DNA of 64,000 bases from a virus (Duplodnaviria; Caudoviricetes): the IMG/VR virus record IMGVR_UViG_3300029288_003518, positions 32,001 to 96,000 of that record; one strand, given 5' to 3'. Shown here one piece after another: positions 57,985-64,000 of the stretch. A program made the translations under genes and the position numbers. The notes under the pieces were generated by a model, which worked only from the letters and a program-made list of their open reading frames with translations, was not told the DNA's origin and searched no databases. Numbering within the stretch: position 1 is the stretch's first letter; every line of letters begins with the position of its first letter.

Positions 57985-59346
57985 TTATTCAGAGGTTAGC
58001 GCAACGATCACAGTGATCTGTTGCAATTCGAAAGCCGGTACCAAGATTAACTCTACAGTAGCCTTACCCAATACTTGATCGGTAGGCGTTGCGTATACGT
58101 TAAAGTTGAATCTCCTCAGTGCACCACGTTCCTGCATGTTCTTGAGAGCATTTTCAATCGCAGTAGCCATTGCATTTCTTTGAGGCGCGTTATTGGGTTC
58201 ACCAATAAATTGATCAGCAGTAGCCCTGACGTAGTTGATTGCGTCGTGAACAATTCTCACGGTTGACAATCTTACAAAATCAGAACGGGAGTACGCATCA
58301 ATATTATATGCACCTGTCATAGCACTAGCCACAACAACACCTTTCGGTTTTTGAATAAAAGTAACATACCTTCCACCAGCCAAACGATTAGCCTGGTATT
58401 CAGATACACCCTGATTGAGGGTCACTCCCTGAACAATCTTGTTCGTAGGAGCACTCTTAGATTCCAAACCGCTTATTAAACCAGCATACACAGCAGCACC
58501 ATTCGTATTATAGTAACCAATGGTAGGATAAAGCTCAATAGCTGCATCATTTGTCGCCCTGACATTAACCGCGACAACTGAAATATATGCACCTATATCT
58601 ACTTTATTACCCTTGGCATCTATAACATCGCCACCGGCATAGCTAGCAGGCATCTCTTCTGTCGTAGTTGCAACAAACCTATAGTTACCGGGAACACCTA
58701 AAGCAGTAGCAGTTGTCCCATCATAACAAGCCAGGGCCCCCTGATACGTCTCTAATTTCTTAACCCATGTTTCAACTTCAGCAAGGGTTGGCGCTCCTGA
58801 AGCGCTAGTTGTTGCACCCGTAGTACCGATTACGCCTATACAAGTGTTATTATTTTTAGTAGCTTGATAACAGAAATTTGCTAACTGATAACCAAAATTC
58901 CAAGAAGTACCATCACCACCATGATAATTCGCTGTAACTGAATCATCCATACTAACACCAACCGGGACTATAATATCGACATTATGGTTTATTAGAACAT
59001 AATATGCATAGTCTAAGTAACCATACAAGTCATTAGCGGCAATAAAAGCTCCAGAAGCAGCGGGAAGAATATTCAAAAGTTCGATATCCATTCCACCTGC
59101 GATATGACATTCGTACAGAGCTTTACAAAGTTCGCTGACTGAGCCATCTGCATTTTTGAATGCCTGATAGGCAGTAGTCATTGAGCCATCCGAAATAGAG
59201 TATGGTACATACGGCGTAGCTTTAGTATTAGTTGAAGTGGTCTTTCCAAGCAGGAGGATCGTAGGGCCAGACGGCGGTCTACTTACACGTAAGCCTTGAT
59301 CTAATATTTCTACCGTTGCTCCTGGTAAATTCGCAAAGGTTGGCAT
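57985..59346 (-). CDS. Tail sheath protein
   Basis: N-terminal LPGATVEI; C-terminal sheath domain SAPTNK...LSTVRIV...FIGEPN...VELILVPAFELQQI. Confidence 0.92.
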   Translation of the reverse strand: MPTFANLPGATVEILDQGLRVSRPPSGPTILLLGKTTSTNTKATPYVPYSISDGSMTTAYQAFKNADGSVSELCKALYECHIAGGMDIELLNILPAASGAFIAANDLYGYLDYAYYVLINHNVDIIVPVGVSMDDSVTANYHGGDGTSWNFGYQLANFCYQATKNNNTCIGVIGTTGATTSASGAPTLAEVETWVKKLETYQGALACYDGTTATALGVPGNYRFVATTTEEMPASYAGGDVIDAKGNKVDIGAYISVVAVNVRATNDAAIELYPTIGYYNTNGAAVYAGLISGLESKSAPTNKIVQGVTLNQGVSEYQANRLAGGRYVTFIQKPKGVVVASAMTGAYNIDAYSRSDFVRLSTVRIVHDAINYVRATADQFIGEPNNAPQRNAMATAIENALKNMQERGALRRFNFNVYATPTDQVLGKATVELILVPAFELQQITVIVALTSE

Positions 59347-59365
59347 TATTATTTCCTCCTTTTAA

Positions 59366-60328
59366 TTAAACATAGGCCCTGGAACCTTTATCCAGAACCT
59401 CTAAGTGTCCGGAAGCTGTAGGTGCATTCCCAAAAGTAACCCCATAAAAACCAGATGGATATGCATTTTCCAACTCCAGATACAGGTCGATCTGTTTGAA
59501 GTCGTATTCCTTAATAGTCACGATCTTCTCTGTCTTGAAGTAATAGGTGACAGTTCTTACTGCAAGGTCATTTCTCCACTTGCTGCTTTCTTCATCAGTA
59601 TTTCTCATCCAGTACAGTATTTCATTGACCCCATTTTTCTTCCAAACCCATGTGTACTTATATACAAAATCTTCAAACCATTCTACTAAATCATCGGCCC
59701 TGTTATTATACTTGGACCAACAATCAAACTGGATCAAGTTATCAAACCATTGACCCATTACCATAATATGGCATCCAGGATGATCTGGATCAACTCGATA
59801 CTCTCTCACTCTCGGCTTTATCTCTGTAGGGGGATCGAATGGGTGCTTGGATATAGTCCCCGGCTCCCTCCTTTTTACCCTATATACAATAGTGTCTCTC
59901 CACTCCGCGATCGGCCTATCTTGATAATACCTAGAATAAGATGATTCAAAATTAATAGTGTTTTTCTCTTCCAGCCCGAGAAGATCTCCTTCAATCGGGG
60001 CAGTAGAACCGAGAGTGTTTAGTCTCACCATTCCGCCATTGCCTGACTCGGTTATTACTTCTGCAATTGTATATGCCTTCTTGGTCGTAATATTAGTTAT
60101 CTTATCTCCCGCGGCCAGATAACGAGCATTAGGTAGTGAGATTACTAGGCTTCCCCTGTCCGTAGGATACCACTTACTCTGGAAATCGAGTAAGCTTTGG
60201 TACATGTATGTAGTTATCTGATTTAATGAAGCATTCCTATCAGACTGCCGCATATCTTCTCTTGTAGGATTAAGAAGAAAGTACGGTTCCTCTGTATAAG
60301 ATTCTAGTTTTTTACCCAGTTCAGCCAT
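59366..60328 (-). CDS. Tail completion/terminator-like protein
   Basis: Immediately before the sheath; KPRVRE...GQWFDNLIQFDCW...ADDLVEWFEDF. Confidence 0.65.
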   Translation of the reverse strand: MAELGKKLESYTEEPYFLLNPTREDMRQSDRNASLNQITTYMYQSLLDFQSKWYPTDRGSLVISLPNARYLAAGDKITNITTKKAYTIAEVITESGNGGMVRLNTLGSTAPIEGDLLGLEEKNTINFESSYSRYYQDRPIAEWRDTIVYRVKRREPGTISKHPFDPPTEIKPRVREYRVDPDHPGCHIMVMGQWFDNLIQFDCWSKYNNRADDLVEWFEDFVYKYTWVWKKNGVNEILYWMRNTDEESSKWRNDLAVRTVTYYFKTEKIVTIKEYDFKQIDLYLELENAYPSGFYGVTFGNAPTASGHLEVLDKGSRAYV

Positions 60329-60931
60329 CTAAATAACCTCCAGTTTCGCTGCAGCTCTCCAAAACTCAATCCTCCCGACCTGATCCCTAAAGGGCTCAGC
60401 TACGGCAATTCTGTAGAGTTCTTTCATAACATATGGCCTGACAGGATTCCCTTCATCGTCTAACTCTATTTCTATTACCTTATCTCCCTTGTCGGGAGCA
60501 ACATAGTATTGAAAATAAAATACTATATAGTTTATATTCATCCATCCTATTTCAGTCTCAGTTTCAGATGCCGCTAATCCTATTTCAGGAGATACTAGCC
60601 GTCTCCTAACTAAATGAAGTTCATCTTCATAAACCCAGCCCTCTCCGTTACATATCGGACATCTCAGCTCAGGCTCATTGTATTTACCCTTATCTAGACT
60701 ATATTGTTCAGCATCCTTACCTTTTCTATTCCAACAGATACACCTTTGTCTTTTATCCATCCTCCGGAGAAGAATCCAATGCCCTCTACGTGGAGTATAC
60801 TCGTTTCCCTCGAGCATTATCTTCATCTCGGCTCTAAGGTCGATCTCGGTCTTCTTCCTAGTTGTTGCGAATGGAAACGGAGGAATATGAAATGTCTTAA
60901 ACCCATCTTGTGGAAACGGTGGTAATCCCAT
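60329..60931 (-). CDS. Head completion / head-tail joining protein with a Zn-binding insert
   Basis: RCICW...CPICNGEG; C-terminal FRDQVGRIEFW; neck synteny. Confidence 0.6.
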   Translation of the reverse strand: MGLPPFPQDGFKTFHIPPFPFATTRKKTEIDLRAEMKIMLEGNEYTPRRGHWILLRRMDKRQRCICWNRKGKDAEQYSLDKGKYNEPELRCPICNGEGWVYEDELHLVRRRLVSPEIGLAASETETEIGWMNINYIVFYFQYYVAPDKGDKVIEIELDDEGNPVRPYVMKELYRIAVAEPFRDQVGRIEFWRAAAKLEVI

Positions 60932-61480
60932 TTAACTTACCCCCTTCAGGTTATTTTCGACACACCACATGGGCTGTAGATTTTTATAGTTACAAGCTTC
61001 CATGAATTGCCTCCTATTGGTTAAATCGAAATTTACTAAAGGTTTTATATGATCAATGTGCCACACTTTTCCCCATCTTCCACGATTATTCCAAGACATC
61101 CCGGGTTCAAACTTAGACTCAATATATTTTCTAAAGTATTCTATCGTGCATCCTAGATCCCGGACAGCCGATCCTGCTTTATAATTACTTCTCAAGGCCT
61201 GATTTAGGCGCGTCCTAAGACTGTGCGCCAAAGCATAATCAGAGTTAGATTCAAATTGTTTCTTCTGCCATTTTTTAGTAGTTTCTAGATTCTTCGCTCT
61301 ATTATTACGCTTCCACGTAGTTGAAACATTATTACAACGAACACTGTTCTTATTATACCATGCAGCATTTTTGATTTTATGACAAGATCTACACTCATCC
61401 CTGTGTCCATCCTTAGATTTAGAGTTCCTATTAAACTCACTAATATCTTTTCCTATATTGCAACAATTACATATCTTCAT
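60932..61480 (-). CDS. HNH endonuclease (putative free-standing homing endonuclease)
   Basis: N-terminal CNCC...CRSC, then LGCTIE...FEPGMSW.N.G..WHIDHIKPL...CNYKNLQPMW..ENNLKG. Confidence 0.85.
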   Translation of the reverse strand: MKICNCCNIGKDISEFNRNSKSKDGHRDECRSCHKIKNAAWYNKNSVRCNNVSTTWKRNNRAKNLETTKKWQKKQFESNSDYALAHSLRTRLNQALRSNYKAGSAVRDLGCTIEYFRKYIESKFEPGMSWNNRGRWGKVWHIDHIKPLVNFDLTNRRQFMEACNYKNLQPMWCVENNLKGVS

Positions 61481-61501
61481 AAGTACCTCGTATTAATAGA
61501 G

Positions 61502-62881
61502 TTAGCTCCAATCTGAATAGATCCCGGGAGATTTTATTCTCCTAGTCAATGTTTTGTTTGCACCCAGAGTATCCCTACCTGTCTCTAGTGTCCACGTGCG
61601 AACACCTCTCATTGGCGGAGTTGCTGGAGAAGCTACCCCCTTAATCGCCATTTTTGACTTAGCTCTCCTATATTTTCCCAGGATAAGCTTAAGCCAGGCA
61701 TTCGTACAATCTAGAGACTTCTGTAAGGCACCCTTCACCCCGGCCTGTATATCGGTGCTCTCTTGGATGGTAAAGTCTCCAAGTCTCTTTATCATCCCGG
61801 GTCCTGCGCTAGCCATATCAAGCAACTTGGCATACAATAGATCGTATTGTGTTTTGCAACAAACCCACATCTTAGCTGCAAATGTTGGATGATCTGTATC
61901 CCAAAGATATTGGCTATATATAGTGTTAGCTATATTATAGGCTTCCAAAGAATTAAGATATATATTACGAGAGATAGTGTCATCAGGAATCTCTCTTATA
62001 AATGAACCAATTACTGACCTTATTTTGGCGACAGTACAATAGTATGGTCTATACGCGGTAGTAAACATAAACTTATACTGGCTTCCCAATTCTACGGATA
62101 GATAATCTTTTACTGATTTAGAAACGGTTACGGTAATCTCATTATTGGTCATCCAGGTATAATCGTTACCAGCATATGTTGATGGAGTCCATGTCAATGT
62201 TGGACCATTAATATTGGTTAAAACTCCACTAGGCATATGGGTTAGAGTAGCCGGATCACCATCAATAGGTTCGATCTCAAAGGTTAACCAGGACTGGTCA
62301 ACAGCAACCCCACTTGCAACTGCCCTATTAAAAGTTACCGATACTGGCCCACCATAATATACTGTTTCATAGTCACCATTAATTACCCCTAGATTAGATG
62401 AATAGTTCTCTGGTGAAGTTGATACTATAGAAAGAGAGGTTGTTGCCTTAGGCTCTAAAACCATTGCCACCGGAGAATCTGCCGAAGGGGTATCCGGCAT
62501 CTCTTCCTCGTGGACCTCTCCCGGCTGATCACCTGATTCTGTACCAGTTGTAAAATACCACGAGGATGAAAGAGCTAGGCTTTCTCCCGAGGAATTCTTT
62601 ACACATGTGGAAGATTGATCTGCTCCCACTATCACTACGTTATATTGCGTATTCTGGTCAAGGACTATATCGGGAGCTATCGATAAGGTAAAACTTGCTA
62701 CATTAAAAGTAGAAGTTTTACCAAGTATCTGAAAATCGGATACCCTATATAGGAGGATAGTATTGTCAGTTAAACTAGCGGCATCTAGGGCTTGGTCAAA
62801 GACAACCTCTATATACTTATTTACATATACCCCAGTTTCATCTGCTGCCGGAGTTCTAATGTTAATTAAAGGTGCTGACAT
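61502..62881 (-). CDS. Neck/adaptor-region protein with N-terminal Ig-like (Big_5) domains
   Basis: TPAADETGV.VN..IEVVFDQALD...LDQNTQYNVVI...SWYFTT is the Big_5 pattern; the C-terminal part includes KRLGDFTI. Confidence 0.7.
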   Translation of the reverse strand: MSAPLINIRTPAADETGVYVNKYIEVVFDQALDAASLTDNTILLYRVSDFQILGKTSTFNVASFTLSIAPDIVLDQNTQYNVVIVGADQSSTCVKNSSGESLALSSSWYFTTGTESGDQPGEVHEEEMPDTPSADSPVAMVLEPKATTSLSIVSTSPENYSSNLGVINGDYETVYYGGPVSVTFNRAVASGVAVDQSWLTFEIEPIDGDPATLTHMPSGVLTNINGPTLTWTPSTYAGNDYTWMTNNEITVTVSKSVKDYLSVELGSQYKFMFTTAYRPYYCTVAKIRSVIGSFIREIPDDTISRNIYLNSLEAYNIANTIYSQYLWDTDHPTFAAKMWVCCKTQYDLLYAKLLDMASAGPGMIKRLGDFTIQESTDIQAGVKGALQKSLDCTNAWLKLILGKYRRAKSKMAIKGVASPATPPMRGVRTWTLETGRDTLGANKTLTRRIKSPGIYSDWS

Positions 62882-62889
62882 GTTCTCCC

Positions 62890-63390
62890 CTATTTAGTTT
62901 CTGGTTCCTCATTATTCCCAGAAGTTAATTTAATTTCTACCTTGGCTTGCTCGGTTTCTTCCACAGAAGAAATCCCACCGATAGAATTAAGAATATTCTC
63001 AGCTATCTTTAGAATACTCTTACGATTTTTACCTAATTTCTCTAACTCAACAAGTTTCTCTATTTTGGCTATTTTGTAGCTACTTTTTACATTCTTCTCA
63101 TCTTTTAAGGCATACATCCATTCATCTACTTTATTTCTTCCCCCATTAAGTAGATTTTGAATATCACTATCCTTATCAAGAACTTCCACTTTGTCCTCTG
63201 GCCATCCGATACTTAAATGTTCAACTTTAATAGCATGATTAATTTGATCTAATTGATGGTCAGTTGCATTCTCTGGGATAACGGCCATTCTGTTCTCAGC
63301 CGAAAGATTAATTCCACCTTCACCTTCTTGAAAATAATACAATCTCTTGTCTATATTCAAACTTACTCTATCGCCTCTCTTAACTGACAT
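62890..63390 (-). CDS. Hypothetical head-associated protein
   Basis: Follows the capsid gene; LE..GKNRKSIL helical motif; GGAGG RBS. Confidence 0.55.
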   Translation of the reverse strand: MSVKRGDRVSLNIDKRLYYFQEGEGGINLSAENRMAVIPENATDHQLDQINHAIKVEHLSIGWPEDKVEVLDKDSDIQNLLNGGRNKVDEWMYALKDEKNVKSSYKIAKIEKLVELEKLGKNRKSILKIAENILNSIGGISSVEETEQAKVEIKLTSGNNEEPETK

Positions 63391-63421
63391 TATTCCTCCT
63401 ATATATTACTAGTTCAATGGA

Positions 63422-63546
63422 TAACCTGGGGCTAGGCTTTTACACCCAGCCCGCAGGTTAAACTCTATGACTCCTCTGCACCACTCTGATCTATGGGCGG
63501 TAATCCACCCTTCCCAGAAGTCCATATGATGCGCAGATCTACCATA
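63422..63546 (-). ncRNA. Candidate structured RNA / multi-hairpin element downstream of the capsid gene
   Basis: Nested stems TCTGCGC/GTGCAGA, TATG/CATA, CTTC/GAAG and GGTGG/CCGCC, plus a long hairpin TAACCTG-CGGGCTGGGT...GCCTAGCCC-CAGGTTA. Confidence 0.4.
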
Positions 63547-63550
63547 ATGA

Positions 63551-64000
63551 CTAAACTCCAGCCTGGTTGATAGTCGGAAGTGCACCAGTACCGGCCTGCC
63601 ACCTGAGTACATCCTCGAGGTCGTAAGCTTTAGTAATGCTGATGTTCTTTGCAACTGCGATCGCCTTACCTTCGTTCAGGATACCAAGACCATATCTTTC
63701 GCGGAACTTTATGGTACGGATATCTCTGCTCGGATCATCCCATTCCTCGTTAGTGACATCTTCATCTACGACTATAATACCAAGTTCATTGGTATCAGCC
63801 ATGATGATGTCAGTCTTAGCCGCAGTAGCACCAGAAGCTGCAGTATAGGACAAGAATGGGCTAACTATGATCCTTAAAGGAGAAGGGAACATGTTGGGAA
63901 CATTAGCATATGTGGTCGCAGAATACGGGGCGCTAGCGACCGGACCGACGTTGATTCCGCCCTGATACCAAGATTTCGCCACGCCTGGCTGACCTTGCAT
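63551..64000 (-). CDS. Major capsid protein, C-terminal part (5' end outside the window)
   Basis: IIVSPFL...EEWDDPSRDIRTIKFRERYGLGILNEGKAIAVAKNI is an HK97-fold capsid C-terminus pattern; upstream of the neck and tail genes. Confidence 0.85.
   Translation of the reverse strand: MQGQPGVAKSWYQGGINVGPVASAPYSATTYANVPNMFPSPLRIIVSPFLSYTAASGATAAKTDIIMADTNELGIIVVDEDVTNEEWDDPSRDIRTIKFRERYGLGILNEGKAIAVAKNISITKAYDLEDVLRWQAGTGALPTINQAGV

Noticed and set aside
38609-59346. Bacterial contractile injection system (eCIS/T6SS/tailocin) instead of a phage
   Set aside because: Capsid, neck, primase-helicase and homing endonuclease genes are contiguous with the tail genes.
63409-63654. 81-aa minus-strand ORF overlapping the capsid 3' end
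   Set aside because: It overlaps the capsid gene out of frame, has no RBS, and spans a region better explained as structured RNA.
122-63848. The many short plus-strand ORFs in the track (e.g. 12268-12564, 47939-48448, 53203-53616)
   Set aside because: They are antisense shadows of long minus-strand genes or of the tmRNA, with no RBS or recognisable motifs. Only 12635-13498 and 13491-13694 are supported on the plus strand.
1-64000. Alternative genetic code (stop-codon reassignment as in some large phages)
   Set aside because: Standard-code ORFs tile the window with tiny gaps, and TAA, TAG and TGA all occur as genuine gene ends.

Overview
This window is a 64-kb piece of a large contractile-tailed (myovirus-like) dsDNA phage genome. 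It uses the standard genetic code, is gene-dense, and is almost entirely encoded on the minus strand. Read right to left in transcription order it contains: the 3' end of the major capsid gene; neck and head-completion genes; tail sheath; three tail-tube paralogues; two tail chaperones; two very large tape-measure-region proteins, one with an N-terminal DEDDh exonuclease; a 2091-aa baseplate hub; spike, gp25-like and baseplate-J proteins; and a long baseplate/fibre block ending in a 1733-aa fibre with duplicated beta-helix domains and an S74 chaperone. Inside the fibre block, behind its own sigma70-like promoter, sits a RiPP-like triad: a radical SAM/SPASM enzyme, a 176-aa fibre-like repeat protein ending in a (Cys-X)n tail, and a B12-type radical SAM enzyme. 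Further left are a plus-strand Cas4-like nuclease, a phage tmRNA whose tag frame is unusually long (52 aa), a primase-helicase fusion, an apparently inactive PD-(D/E)XK protein, and a nine-gene sugar/glycosyltransferase cluster. Many outward-facing virion proteins are strongly enriched in an [A/P]-S-G tripeptide, which could be a modification sequon. The best candidate for an undescribed system is phage-encoded post-translational tailoring of the virion (radical-SAM crosslinking or methylation plus glycosylation). All calls come from motif reading by eye; no database searches were run.
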